A DNA stretch of 64,000 nt from Escherichia coli (lineage in GTDB: Bacteria; Pseudomonadota; Gammaproteobacteria; Enterobacterales; Enterobacteriaceae). This document shows positions 1 through 10,084 of the stretch, in pieces. The DNA lies in NCBI RefSeq assembly GCF_016903815.1, contig NZ_CP069973.1; one strand, given 5' to 3'. Position 1 is the first letter of the stretch; the number at the start of each line of letters is the position of its first letter. Under the pieces are notes generated by a model that saw only the letters and a program-made list of their open reading frames with translations, was not told the origin of the DNA and did no database searches. The position numbers and the translations under genes were made by a program.

Positions 1-711
1 AGCGATATAAACAATACCTGCTAAACCAGTACCCAGCATGGTTGCCAGCGGAACGGTACGTTTCGGGTTTTTAACCATACCAGTACTTACAGCTGCGGAT
101 TCAACACCCACGAAGGCCCACAGGCAGAGCAGAATACTTTTAATGATCGCATGACCATCGGTGGTATCCGCAGTATTCCAGTTAGCAGCATAAGTCGCAG
201 CATCAAACCAATGCCAGCCAACAATAGCTGTCATTACCACAGGAATAAGAACCAGCACCAGACCAATAGTGGTTAAACGGCTTACCCAGGTACCGCCGAG
301 CATATTTACAAAGGTAAATACCCAGACGATAGCAATACAGGCGATACCCGCCGGAACAGGATCATTTAATACTGGGAAGAAGGTGGAAAGATAAGATACA
401 GCGGTAATACCAATCGCCAGGTTACCAATCCAGTTAGCATGGTAATAAAGAACACCTGTCTGAAAACCAAATGCAGGGGAAATTTCTCCGGCATAAGCAA
501 TTGGGCCACCTTGTTGCGGGTTTTTTGTTGCCAGTCGGGCATATACATACGCCAGCGACATTGCACCAATAATAGAGATAATCCAACCCCAGATAGCAAT
601 ACCACCGATACTTGCTAGGTTCGCAGGTAATAATGCAATACCGCTCCCCATCATATTACCGGCAACAACACCGGTACAGGCAAATAGCCCGATCTTCTTG
701 GCAGAACTCAT
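1..711 (-). CDS. cadB: Lysine/cadaverine antiporter CadB, N-terminal part (gene continues beyond window start)
   Basis: Minus-strand translation from ATG at 709..711 begins MSSAKKIGLFACTGVVAGNMMGSG, matching remembered CadB; sits downstream of cadC as in the cad locus. Confidence 0.93.
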   Translation of the reverse strand, partial: MSSAKKIGLFACTGVVAGNMMGSGIALLPANLASIGGIAIWGWIISIIGAMSLAYVYARLATKNPQQGGPIAYAGEISPAFGFQTGVLYYHANWIGNLAIGITAVSYLSTFFPVLNDPVPAGIACIAIVWVFTFVNMLGGTWVSRLTTIGLVLVLIPVVMTAIVGWHWFDAATYAANWNTADTTDGHAIIKSILLCLWAFVGVESAAVSTGMVKNPKRTVPLATMLGTGLAGIVYIA

Positions 712-1075
712 GCTCTTCTCCTAATTTCATTTTTGAATTTGGAGTCCGGGTCATGATGTATAACTATTTCCTGACCAGACCAAACTGGCGCTAAGAATAC
801 TCACAAAAAAGGATTAATCCTAAAGATTAGGTGAAATAACACAAAAGTTTCTGTAAGTGAGAACTTGAGGTTTTTTATTAACACATCAGGATCGCAAGTT
901 GATATCATGAAAAGATAAACATTCAATGTTTACAATGGATTGCGGGACATTTTCTGGTTAAATTTATGTAATAAAAATTATGCGGCAAATAAATTGCCGC
1001 AACATATTATACCAACAGGAACATACAAAAACTCAACAACAAATATTGCCGAGCATAAATCAACCCGGGAGTTAC
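712..1075 (-). promoter_or_regulatory. cadC-cadB intergenic region containing the Pcad promoter and CadC-binding region
   Basis: Position between cadC stop and cadB start; AT-rich; assignment from established knowledge of the cad locus, no sites mapped. Confidence 0.6.
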
Positions 1076-2614
1076 TTATTCTGAAGCGAGAAATTTGTCG
1101 AGATAAGGTACAACATAAGGAACAGAAGTCTGGAATATACCATTTTCAATCCAGTAAAGGGTGTTTGCCCCTGGGCGTAAATTAAAGGCGGTGAGATATG
1201 CATCAGCTGCTTCCCGGTTCATCCCCTTCATTTCATAAACCTTGCCAAGCAATACATAATTTAGCCAGGACATTTCAAGATCAATGCCAGTATTTATCGC
1301 CTGATAAGACTCATCTGTTTTACCTTTTACCAGAGCACTGACCGCTTTTATTTGATATATAATGGACAGGTTATTCAATTCCGGTAGTGTAACAATGTTA
1401 TCTATTTCTGTGTTCAGTGCTGCTAATTGTTTTTCATCTAAAGGATGTTGAGAATGGCGCACGATATCAACTAATGCTTTTTCTGCTCTCGCGTAGGTAA
1501 ATTCTGGGGATGATTGAACAATCTCACCTAATAATTCACTGGCACGGTTCAATGATTTATCATCGCCATGCAGTAAATAATCATGTGCCTGATAAAAATT
1601 AGTTAATAACGCACCACGATGAGGCAAAATTTGCTGGAGCATCTCCTGCATTCGTTGTGGCCACGGTTGGTTTAACGCTTTTGATAAACTCTCCAGTAAA
1701 TCATTTTGAATCGCCAGCTGATTACCGTTAGTGATGACATAACGTTTATCCAGCATGGTTGAACCATCTGCATTGTCTACCAATTTTACCGACATAAAGC
1801 ATTGTTGAGCACGGTATTGGCGCTGATTAACAAACGCAATAGATAATGTTTTACCGGAACTGCTCGGTTCATCAATGTTGTAGTTGATTTTGTCATGCAC
1901 CATAAAGGTGGAGAAGGTGTTAAGTGATGTCGCCACCAAATCACCCACGCCTATCGCGTAAGAGAGCTGATACGGGGAACTCCAGCTGTTACAACTTTTA
2001 TTTACCATATTAATGTCAATATCGCGTGGATTGAGCAAAATACGCGATTTGCTCATCGGAAGACGTGTATCAAGACTTGAAAACGCTACCAGTGCTACAC
2101 AGATACCTAACGACAACAGGAAAAAAAACCATACCCAAAAGGTAGTGAATCGTTTGCTTTTAACTGGGGATTGTTCAGGTGGCGTTGCGGTGTTTTGAAT
2201 GTTAAGACTGTGGGAGGGAGAATCTGTGTCAGGAACCGCCTCTGGTATAGGGGGAGGCGAAGATAGCATTATTTCCTCTCCCTCTTCTTCGCTGTACCAG
2301 ATAACCGGCACCATTAATTTATAGCCGCGCTTTGGTACAGTAGCGATATAGACAGGACTATCTTCATCATTATCTTTTAATGACTTACGTAGTTCTGAGA
2401 TACTCTGCGTCACAACGTGATTGGTGACAATACTTCTCTTCCAGACATTATCGATAAGTTCATCCCTGCTAAGTACTTCGCCACTGTGTTGAGCAAAGAA
2501 AACCAGAAGATCGATTAATCTCGGCTCAAGGGTAAGTTGACGCCCATTGCGGCTAATTTGGTTTATGGACGGAGTAACAAGCCATTCGCCAACGCGAACT
2601 ACAGGTTGTTGCAT
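1076..2614 (-). CDS. cadC: Transcriptional activator CadC (ToxR-like membrane-bound regulator), 512 aa
   Basis: ORF translation MQQPVVRVGEWLVTPSINQISRNGRQLTLEPRLIDLL... matches remembered E. coli CadC across its length. Confidence 0.97.
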   Translation of the reverse strand: MQQPVVRVGEWLVTPSINQISRNGRQLTLEPRLIDLLVFFAQHSGEVLSRDELIDNVWKRSIVTNHVVTQSISELRKSLKDNDEDSPVYIATVPKRGYKLMVPVIWYSEEEGEEIMLSSPPPIPEAVPDTDSPSHSLNIQNTATPPEQSPVKSKRFTTFWVWFFFLLSLGICVALVAFSSLDTRLPMSKSRILLNPRDIDINMVNKSCNSWSSPYQLSYAIGVGDLVATSLNTFSTFMVHDKINYNIDEPSSSGKTLSIAFVNQRQYRAQQCFMSVKLVDNADGSTMLDKRYVITNGNQLAIQNDLLESLSKALNQPWPQRMQEMLQQILPHRGALLTNFYQAHDYLLHGDDKSLNRASELLGEIVQSSPEFTYARAEKALVDIVRHSQHPLDEKQLAALNTEIDNIVTLPELNNLSIIYQIKAVSALVKGKTDESYQAINTGIDLEMSWLNYVLLGKVYEMKGMNREAADAYLTAFNLRPGANTLYWIENGIFQTSVPYVVPYLDKFLASE

Positions 2615-3189
2615 AATAGAAACTCATTCGAAAAGGGAATGATGCAATGATAATTGCCACAACCTATTTTTACCATCTATAGATGGTTTTATTTACATAT
2701 TATTGGTGAATGCAAGACGTTATTTTTACCAGCCATAAACTTCTTGATTACATAGTATTACGAAAGGATTTTACTGAGAACCAGAAGTAATATTCCTTAT
2801 CATCAAAATTCATCATCTTTGCCAAAGAAAAATGTTCAGAAAATAATCCATGGGAAATTGCCCGGCGCGCTTACTATTTTTATGGATTGTTAGTCTTTGC
2901 ATGAGCAAGCGGACTGATACATTTCTCTTTGTTCTCATTCAGAAAATCTCATCAGTCGGCGTTCAGACCGGTGTTGTGCTTTATGGATGCGTTACGCTCC
3001 TGATGACGTCATTTGACATTCAACAGCATCACGGGGTCGCACGACATTTCACGTCAGTCAGCGCTATAGCTCAGGAACAAATTTTCCCGAATTGGGATAT
3101 ACCCGCAAAATGCTGGTGTTGTGGGGAGAATTTGGTTGAGTTCGGTAGAAATGATTTTTAGGCAGAACGCTTAAATTGTGGCGTCCTGA

Positions 3190-3221
3190 AACGAAAAACG
3201 GACCTCCGTGGAGGTCCGTTT
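3190..3221 (-). terminator. Stem-loop (AAACGGACCTCC / GGAGGTCCGTTT) with T-rich tail on minus strand; likely the tRNA-Phe terminator
   Basis: Perfect 12-bp inverted repeat at 3196..3207 and 3210..3221 read directly from sequence. Confidence 0.5.
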
Positions 3222-3230
3222 ATATGAATT

Positions 3231-3252
3231 TGGTGCCGGACTCGGAATCGAA
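3231..3252 (-). repeat. 22-nt copy of the tRNA-Phe 3' end (island attachment-site direct repeat), not a full tRNA
   Basis: tggtgccggactcggaatcgaa is the reverse complement of the tRNA-Phe 3' end (GGTTCGATTCCGAGTCCGGGCACCA) with one C missing; homology stops after 22 nt. Confidence 0.7.
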
Positions 3253-3362
3253 AATTTCTTTTATCATATTGATATTAATCTGATTTGTTTGGTTTGATTA
3301 AAAATGTACCCTCAATTATACCCGCAGTCCCTTTTGATATCGAAAGGGAATCACACTCGGGA

Positions 3363-4205
3363 TCAGGCTGAGAGCACAGAAGGAAAGTGCCTGACTATTA
3401 TATCGTTAATTCTGTCAATCAGTTCCAGCCTTTTGAAAGTGATGTGTGCAGATCCCTTCTTAAAGTATTTAATGATAAACATTTCGTCTTCATAGTACTC
3501 TTTACCCTGAACAGACCGGATATGCTCATCCAGACGAATTATGATATTTTCCCGGTTGTCGGGAGTGGGGATGCCACTGAAGAGATGCAGCATCCTTTCC
3601 AGGTCGGCAACCCGGTCAGTCTGTGGTCCGGTGATAAGATGAAATCCCCACCGGCCCCATCTCACCAGATTGTTGACGATAATTTTACTGCCAAATTTAC
3701 AGGGAGAGTTGGTTTTATAATTCCAGCTCAGTCCCCTGAAGACGTTAATCACTCCCCGCTCAAACACCTCATCCTTATTCTGGTGCAGTTGTTCAAATGT
3801 GCTCATAATGTTCGCTTCACTGATTTCCGGAAAATTATCGTACTCCAGTGACCGGTACCATGTATCACGGGTCTGCGCATCCATTAATGACAGCATCCCG
3901 GAGCGTTGCATCAGGTCACGCCAGATTTCACGGTCAAGGTTGCGGGTAATGGCTTTCATTGCCGTTTCAGGTTTCTCCATGAGCCAGCAGCCGCAGCGAA
4001 AATCCTGTTTCATGGCCCAGTCCAGTGCGGTTTTACCGCCAATACTTTCTGTCATTGCTGAGATTTCAGCCAGTTGCCGGATAAGTATGTCGATTTGCAA
4101 CAGTGTACTCTTTCGTACAGCCAGAATGTGGCTGACTGAGGTTGAGCAGATAACGTCCGTATGTCCGTTGACCACTTCCGGACGGGAGACTGTGATTTCA
4201 GACAT
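3363..4205 (-). CDS. Hypothetical protein, DUF4942-like, last gene of the CP4-like module
   Basis: 280-aa ORF directly downstream of the YeeW-like gene; family assignment from memory only. Confidence 0.45.
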   Translation of the reverse strand: MSEITVSRPEVVNGHTDVICSTSVSHILAVRKSTLLQIDILIRQLAEISAMTESIGGKTALDWAMKQDFRCGCWLMEKPETAMKAITRNLDREIWRDLMQRSGMLSLMDAQTRDTWYRSLEYDNFPEISEANIMSTFEQLHQNKDEVFERGVINVFRGLSWNYKTNSPCKFGSKIIVNNLVRWGRWGFHLITGPQTDRVADLERMLHLFSGIPTPDNRENIIIRLDEHIRSVQGKEYYEDEMFIIKYFKKGSAHITFKRLELIDRINDIIVRHFPSVLSA

Positions 4206-4289
4206 AATCGTTTTTCCTTTTTGCAGATAAATGAAAACGCCAGCCCTGTTCAGGCTGGCGTCAGTGGAATGAAGTATGGTGAGTAATAT

Positions 4290-4712
4290 TTACCGGTTCT
4301 GGTGCAGAAGCTGCAGTTGGCGCAGGGTATGGATATCTTCCCTGGCCTGTTCAATGCAGGGCAACAGTGCTGCCGAATCCGTTTTATCCTCATCGTTGTC
4401 GAAGATAATCCCCGATTCGCAGTCGATATTGTCCTGCAGCCACACAATCAGAATATCCAGCGCCGTTTCTGTGGCTAATGGCATTACGCTCTGTATCACT
4501 GTATTGTCTTCCGGCAACTGATGAGGGCTGGCAGAGGTCGCCGGTGTTTCGGTAGTGACACGCTCATCCACCACGCGGAGTGAATAACCATTTTCCGCGA
4601 CTTTATTAAACAGTTCAGCGAGATTAACACCATCGACGTCAACGACAATGCGCCCCATGTTCAGTGCCTGCACGTTAATGCTGTCGGCTTCCAGCGTCAG
4701 GGCCAGTTTCAT
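4290..4712 (-). CDS. YeeW-like protein
   Basis: N-terminus [31 protein letters not shown] resembles YeeW; 4-bp overlap with the toxin gene. Confidence 0.6.
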   Translation of the reverse strand: MKLALTLEADSINVQALNMGRIVVDVDGVNLAELFNKVAENGYSLRVVDERVTTETPATSASPHQLPEDNTVIQSVMPLATETALDILIVWLQDNIDCESGIIFDNDEDKTDSAALLPCIEQAREDIHTLRQLQLLHQNR

Positions 4713-5086
4713 TGTTTCGCCTCCGGATGCTTCCCCCGGGTAATGTTATTTACCGTTCTGTAGTTGCTGCGGGTCATCAGACCTGTTGCCCGGCGAGCCC
4801 GGAGAATATCAATGCTGTTGATTAACTGCGACGAGGCTCCTGCGCTGAATCCCGGCTGGTCAGTTCGTACCAGTGCGTATTTTTCCACGAGAAAGTTCAC
4901 TGCATCACACAGTGAAATGCCTGCCTCAATATGCTGCTCAATCACGCGTTCATCCACGAACGGTGTGTCATTCAGCGTAAGGCTGTAATGCTGGTCCAGT
5001 AACCGGGTGAGCAGTGTCTGCCAGATGGTGACGGGAGACGGGCAGCACGATACCTCCCGTACATGCGTGTCGGGTAATGTTTTCAT
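4709..5086 (-). CDS. CbtA/YeeV/YkfI-family toxin (type IV toxin-antitoxin)
   Basis: MKTLP...[42 protein letters not shown]... matches the CbtA family. Confidence 0.85.
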   Translation of the reverse strand: MKTLPDTHVREVSCCPSPVTIWQTLLTRLLDQHYSLTLNDTPFVDERVIEQHIEAGISLCDAVNFLVEKYALVRTDQPGFSAGASSQLINSIDILRARRATGLMTRSNYRTVNNITRGKHPEAKQ

Positions 5087-5175
5087 ACTGAAGATTTTCC
5101 TGATATGCAGAGATAAAAAATGGGACAGTGGTGTGGTGAAAACACCAGGCCGGAGCAGAAGGTTATTCTGGTGGT

Positions 5176-5544
5176 TTACTTTTTCGTTTCAGGTGTCGGA
5201 TAAACAGCCAGATAAACGTAACCACAGGAGCCGAGGGTGTCGGCTTCACAGGTCAGCCCCTTCGCATACAGTGTCACGGTATGCTGATGGCGGGGATTCA
5301 GTTCACCACTGGTGAGCATTAATTTCAGTTGTTTCATCAGCAGCGGAAAGGCCTGGTCCAGAGGGTACGCATCCGCATCTCTGAACCGGCCTCTGTTACC
5401 GGCACGGTCGGCAAGGTAATGCAACCGGTTACCCTCCTGCACCAGACGGGCGCCGAAACAGGGCGTCACTGTGCAGGGTAGTCCCCACCAGGGATGGTCG
5501 TGATTGTCATCGGGATGCGTTGTCCCGGAGAGTGTGTCTGACAC
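5176..5544 (-). CDS. CbeA/YeeU/YfjZ-family antitoxin; probable GTG start at 5544 (the in-frame ORF extends to 5652)
   Basis: [49 protein letters not shown]... matches the CbeA family. Confidence 0.8.
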   Translation of the reverse strand: MSDTLSGTTHPDDNHDHPWWGLPCTVTPCFGARLVQEGNRLHYLADRAGNRGRFRDADAYPLDQAFPLLMKQLKLMLTSGELNPRHQHTVTLYAKGLTCEADTLGSCGYVYLAVYPTPETKK

Positions 5545-5706
5545 GATAAAATCCTCACAGAAAATCGGTGAATGATAGTTTAACGATGACGGGTCAGCCG
5601 GCGCGCAGACCGGCTTCGGTAAAGGTGTATTCGTTGATGAGCAGGACCTCATCCACAGCGGCGTCTGAGCTCAGCCAGTCGTACTCGTTTTCCGGGTGAC
5701 GGAACA

Positions 5707-5928
5707 TCAGTTCAGGGTGACGCTCATCAGCCGGACATACGGACCAAAACTGTCCTTACGGCGTTCTGCAAACACGGCCAGCACACCGGGAATATCCTGC
5801 ACTTCACGACCGGTATACGCTTCAGCACTGCCGTGCCAGCGGTATTTGCCGGTACAGAACGGAAAAAGACGGGATGCCGGATGCTGACGGTGAATACGCA
5901 TGGCTTCGCCACGGGTGATGATTTTCAT
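5707..5928 (-). CDS. DUF987 protein (YeeT-like), 73 aa
   Basis: MKIITRGEAMRIHRQHPASRLFPFCTGKYRWHGSAEAYTGREVQDIPGVLAVFAERRKD matches YeeT; start at internal Met of the 109-aa ORF. Confidence 0.8.
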   Translation of the reverse strand: MKIITRGEAMRIHRQHPASRLFPFCTGKYRWHGSAEAYTGREVQDIPGVLAVFAERRKDSFGPYVRLMSVTLN

Positions 5929-5992
5929 AGTGGGATACCTCTGAAGACAGAAGATAAAAGTGAAAACAGGTGTGATGTGTGGTTGTGACGGG

Positions 5993-6469
5993 TTAAAGCA
6001 GACCATGTTCGGCAAAGGAGAAAACCTGGCTGCCACCGACTATCAGATGGTCCGGCACCCGGATATCCACCAGGCCCAGTGCCTGTACCAGACGTTCCGT
6101 GATAAGGCGGTCTGCCTTGCTGGGTGTGACTTCACCGGACGGGTGATTGTGTGCCAGCACCACAGCAGCGGCATTGTGATACAGGGCGCGTTTAATCACT
6201 TCCCGGGGATGGACTTCCGTGCGGTTGATGGTGCCGGTGAAGAGGGTTTCACCGGCAATCAGCTGATTCTGGTTATTCAGATACAGCACCCGGAATTCTT
6301 CACGCTCCAGTCCCGCCATGTTCAGAATCAGCCATTCCCGTGCCGCACGGGTGGAGGTGAAGGCCACGCCGGGTTCATGAAGATGGCGGTCCAGGGTTTT
6401 CAGGGCCCGCTGAATGAGACTGCGCTCGCCGGGCGTCATCGCTCCGGGCAGAAAGGAAATCTGTTGCAT
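5993..6469 (-). CDS. RadC-like JAB-domain protein (YkfG/YfjY/YeeS family)
   Basis: HNHPSGEVTPSKADRLITERL motif (JAMM/RadC). Confidence 0.85.
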   Translation of the reverse strand: MQQISFLPGAMTPGERSLIQRALKTLDRHLHEPGVAFTSTRAAREWLILNMAGLEREEFRVLYLNNQNQLIAGETLFTGTINRTEVHPREVIKRALYHNAAAVVLAHNHPSGEVTPSKADRLITERLVQALGLVDIRVPDHLIVGGSQVFSFAEHGLL

Positions 6470-6484
6470 TGTTCCTGCCCCCTT

Positions 6485-6964
6485 TCAGTCAATGATGCGC
6501 ATAATGGCGTCGTATTCCGGATGTTGCAGGGCGTAATCCCGCAGCCGGTAATAATGGACCGTCATGGCATAATTCTCCGTACGACAGGCATGATGACTGT
6601 ATGCCATCAGACAGGCTGCAATGCCGGCGGCTTCCGGACTCATTTCAGCGCGGTTACCGTTCATGGCATTGAACAGTACCCATGTTTCGTCATCATCGTC
6701 ATCCGGTTCGGGGGCCATAAATGCGCCACCGTTGTTCAGGGTGTACAGATTCCAGATGCCCCCGCAGTAGTCTTCGCACAGACGGTCCATCCAGCCGAAG
6801 ACACGGGGCTCCAGGGTCACCCACTGTGGAATGAGGCCAAAATGCTGCGGCCAGAAGCTGATACGTTGTTCATCAGGGACGGGAGTAGCAACCAGTTGGG
6901 GCTGGTTATTCCCTGGTGCTGTGGCTGAAGAAAGAGCAGTTGTGTTCTGAGAAACGATTTTCAT
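6485..6964 (-). CDS. Antirestriction protein, KlcA/ArdB family (YafX/YfjX-like)
   Basis: Acidic DDDDDE stretch and conserved C-terminus; start taken at internal Met (MKIVSQNTTAL). Confidence 0.75.
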   Translation of the reverse strand: MKIVSQNTTALSSATAPGNNQPQLVATPVPDEQRISFWPQHFGLIPQWVTLEPRVFGWMDRLCEDYCGGIWNLYTLNNGGAFMAPEPDDDDDETWVLFNAMNGNRAEMSPEAAGIAACLMAYSHHACRTENYAMTVHYYRLRDYALQHPEYDAIMRIID

Positions 6965-7229
6965 GAGTGAAATCCTTACAATGTGTATAAATGAGAGGAA
7001 ATAAAGGCCGGGGGCTGACAACATCACGTTCATCACTGACCGTGAGACCCGGCAATATCAGGGATGAATGATATTCGGCTGAAATTCCGGACAGCCGTAC
7101 GCGTAACCGTTCCGGTCACAGACGGATGGCCAGAAGATGCCATTGCCTGTACTCAGTCTGCACAGACTGAGTTCTCCGGGGCGTCGGGTGATTCTGGTGC
7201 CTGAATCACGCCTTCAGGGACAGATTGCA

Positions 7230-8048
7230 TCAGCGCAGGCTCTCCAGTAGCGTTTCTGCCATCACCCACAATGCGCGATTGAGCTTAATGTCGGTGTCGA
7301 TGCTGTGAATGGCACGGGTGTGGATACGTTTTCCTCTGGCACTGCGACCGGAAATTCCGCCTTTCAGCATATTCTCCTGGATGGTCTGATAAGTACTCCA
7401 CAGGTCCTTACCGTAATCCTCCCGGCGTCGTGGCGTCAGAATGTCGGTAGTGGTGACGGGCTGATGTTCATCACCATAACGGTAAGTCAGCGCCGCCTGT
7501 GCCAGCGCCTGGCGTGCCGGTGGCGGCAGGACCAGCGACTGCATGGCATCACGCTTTTCCTCAATCCGGTCAAACACGCCCACCACTTCGTAAGCACCTT
7601 CTATGACCCTGTCCACCACGTTTCCCCGGTGTGGCACCCGGACTTCTCCCAGCGACTGACCGCAGACCAGGCCATTGGTACAAATGGCACGAAAATATCC
7701 GGGTAACATCTGGTAGCTGGATGAACCGTCATGGGAGTTGAGCAGAATAATTTCAGGCACATGCTGACCGGTTATCTGTCCGGCCCGCCGCAGACGCAGC
7801 ATATGTTTGGTATATTCCCGGCGGCTCTGGTCGCGCACACGGGTCTGGCAGGCGAAGAACGGCTGAAAGCCTTCCCGCTGCAGATTTTCCAGGACGGTGA
7901 TGGTGGGAATGTACGCATACCGTTCACTGCGGGAGGTGTGCCGGTCTTCTCCAAAAATACTCGGGACGTGGTACATCAGTTCTTCGCGTGTCAGTGGGCG
8001 CTCCCGACGGATCTGATTTACATGACCAAAACGACTGGCTAATTGCAT
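7230..8048 (-). CDS. DUF932 protein (YafZ/YfjQ-like)
   Basis: 272 aa at the expected position in a CP4-like gene order. Confidence 0.7.
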   Translation of the reverse strand: MQLASRFGHVNQIRRERPLTREELMYHVPSIFGEDRHTSRSERYAYIPTITVLENLQREGFQPFFACQTRVRDQSRREYTKHMLRLRRAGQITGQHVPEIILLNSHDGSSSYQMLPGYFRAICTNGLVCGQSLGEVRVPHRGNVVDRVIEGAYEVVGVFDRIEEKRDAMQSLVLPPPARQALAQAALTYRYGDEHQPVTTTDILTPRRREDYGKDLWSTYQTIQENMLKGGISGRSARGKRIHTRAIHSIDTDIKLNRALWVMAETLLESLR

Positions 8049-8137
8049 ACTTTGCTCCTTATGAATGAATTAGCGGTATAAACGAAAAGGCCGCGTCTCC
8101 CGGAGAAGACGCGGCCTGATGGATGAAATGAAGACGT

Positions 8138-8371
8138 TTATTGCCTGAGAATTCCCTCACTGGCGAGGTACGAATTTAGCTGTTTTCCGGCGTCAGACTC
8201 AAAATTCCAGCACCGCCAGCGTAGCTGCCCTTCGGCATTGCGGATAACCAGCAGGAAATGCGTTCCATGGTCATCTTCAATAAGCACATTGCGGTAAGCT
8301 GTTGTGGCAGCCATTGCCTGTTTGCGTGAGAAAGGGCCTTCGGGCAATAAAACAGGGTGACAGTCCGACAT
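8138..8371 (-). CDS. Small hypothetical protein (77 aa)
   Basis: ORF in operon context between the lipoprotein and DUF932 genes. Confidence 0.45.
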   Translation of the reverse strand: MSDCHPVLLPEGPFSRKQAMAATTAYRNVLIEDDHGTHFLLVIRNAEGQLRWRCWNFESDAGKQLNSYLASEGILRQ

Positions 8372-8376
8372 ACCGG

Positions 8377-9054
8377 CTATTTTCCGATAAATTCAACGCT
8401 GGCACTGGTGGCATTACCGTCAGCACCAACCGTGACGGTCACTTTGTCGTACGCACGGTCTTCAGGATTGAATACTTCAAACTCAACCTTATTGCCTTTT
8501 ACTTCGTAAGAGCCAAAATCAGCGGTTTCTGTTGTTTCCTCGTCATATTCCCGGGCGTATGCCTGCCGGGCAGCCTGCAGGACGGAGTCTTTATTAATAG
8601 TGGTCGTCTGTTTCGGGGAAAAACCGGCAAGTGATGTGACAAATTTCGGACAGACCTTCAGCATATCACCGCGGGTGAATTCCATTCGTACACCAAATGC
8701 CTGTAAAACGGACACATCACGCTCTGCTATGGAGTGAACGGCTTTTTTGACCATTTCCGGCGCCTGTCCGATTTCCACCTCAACAGCCCTGAATCCCGTC
8801 TGCTGATTACACATTTGTGATGTGGGGATCAGGTTACCGTTAATACTGATACGGCTGCCCAGGAGCGTCTGTACGCCATTCGGGCATCCCTGCATCAGGC
8901 CGGTAATACCAATCGTGCCATTTTTCAGCATTACCAGCGCCTGACCATCTTCCGTCATGGTCTGACACCAGCCGTTTTTGACAGCCCAGTTGCCGGCGGA
9001 GGCGGAGAATGATGCCACAGTGAACAGCAGGGGAAAAAGAGCTCTGGTATTCAT
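8377..9054 (-). CDS. Putative lipoprotein (YafY/YfjS-like)
   Basis: Signal-peptide-like N-terminus [21 protein letters not shown] from internal Met; start codon at 9052..9054. Confidence 0.6.
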   Translation of the reverse strand: MNTRALFPLLFTVASFSASAGNWAVKNGWCQTMTEDGQALVMLKNGTIGITGLMQGCPNGVQTLLGSRISINGNLIPTSQMCNQQTGFRAVEVEIGQAPEMVKKAVHSIAERDVSVLQAFGVRMEFTRGDMLKVCPKFVTSLAGFSPKQTTTINKDSVLQAARQAYAREYDEETTETADFGSYEVKGNKVEFEVFNPEDRAYDKVTVTVGADGNATSASVEFIGK

Positions 9055-9201
9055 GACTGACCTCTGAAATGAACGTACGGTGTTATTGATAATGATGGAA
9101 GGTATGCAGTGACTGTTCAGGGAATGACGTAGCCGTATATTTAGTTTTCTGTTCAACATATTGTCTCCATACCTGTCGGGACGGCTTTGGCAGGCCGGCG
9201 A

Positions 9202-9882
9202 TCACAGGTTAAAGGTGTTGATAAGTTTATGGATGAAAGAGAAATGTGGCAGGGCGGAGATAAAACGCTCTTCAGCGACCAGACTGTGGATGTGGCCTCT
9301 CCGTTCAAACCGTTCTGATGTCAGGCTGACTGATTTGATATCTGCCAGAGGAAAGACCTGCAGTTTTCCCTTCTGTAACGCGATCAGATACCAGCTACCG
9401 CTGTAATAAATGAGCCGGCAGGGCTCCAGTGACGGATACCATCGCTCAGTCATCAGAGAGATGTGGATACACTGTCTTATTGCCAGGATGAGTTGCGAGA
9501 AACACTCGGGGAACGTTGCAGTGATATTCGGCGCCGGTAGCCAGATAAGGCAGGGAGAGGGCTCCTGGTTGTCGGTAAGACAGGTTATCAGTCGTCCGTT
9601 CCGGAGCGGAAGTATCCGTGCGATCCCGGTATTCTGTATAAAAGAAAGCATTTCAGGGATCGCACCTGGGCTGCTCTGTCGTCTGAGGCTGTACCTGCCA
9701 TTTCTGTACTCTAAATCCAGGTGAACCAGACGCTGATGAAAATCGCGCTGTAAAGTACGTTCTGTAACGCCAAATTCATCTGACAGTGCTTTTAGTGACA
9801 GAGATTCTCCGGCCATCAGTCGGCTGATAATGAGTGATAAGCGAACCGCCAGGCGATCATGCCGGGAACGATTATCAGACAT
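9202..9882 (-). CDS. HTH plus WYL-domain transcriptional regulator (YfjR-like)
   Basis: N-terminal HTH (LSLKALSDEFGVTERTLQRDF) and a C-terminal SWYLIA motif. Confidence 0.65.
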   Translation of the reverse strand: MSDNRSRHDRLAVRLSLIISRLMAGESLSLKALSDEFGVTERTLQRDFHQRLVHLDLEYRNGRYSLRRQSSPGAIPEMLSFIQNTGIARILPLRNGRLITCLTDNQEPSPCLIWLPAPNITATFPECFSQLILAIRQCIHISLMTERWYPSLEPCRLIYYSGSWYLIALQKGKLQVFPLADIKSVSLTSERFERRGHIHSLVAEERFISALPHFSFIHKLINTFNL

Positions 9883-10084
9883 AGATGTGCACTCCGTAAG
9901 AAAACATCTTTTATTTCATGATGTTATTATGCCTCATGGTGTTGAAAGGATGTGTCGTATCTGAATAATCAGGAATAAAATGCAGCAGAAAAAATATTCC
10001 TTTAATTATCTGATTTTTAATGATGATTTCATAAAAAGAAGAATACTCATTAATCCAGCGACACATCCTGTCGGCGTGAGTGTG

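Noticed and set aside
2850-3161. 103-aa plus-strand ORF between cadC and the tRNA-Phe remnant
   Set aside because: No ribosome-binding site or family resemblance; lies in the cadC upstream region. Kept out of the feature list as unsupported.
3231-3252. Possible full tRNA-Phe gene
   Set aside because: Only 22 nt of the 3' end match; the sequence beyond diverges immediately, so this is an attachment-site repeat, not a tRNA gene.
5960-6928. 322-aa plus-strand ORF overlapping the RadC-like and KlcA-like genes
   Set aside because: Antisense to two genes with strong family matches; its translation has no recognisable motifs and a skewed composition typical of shadow ORFs.
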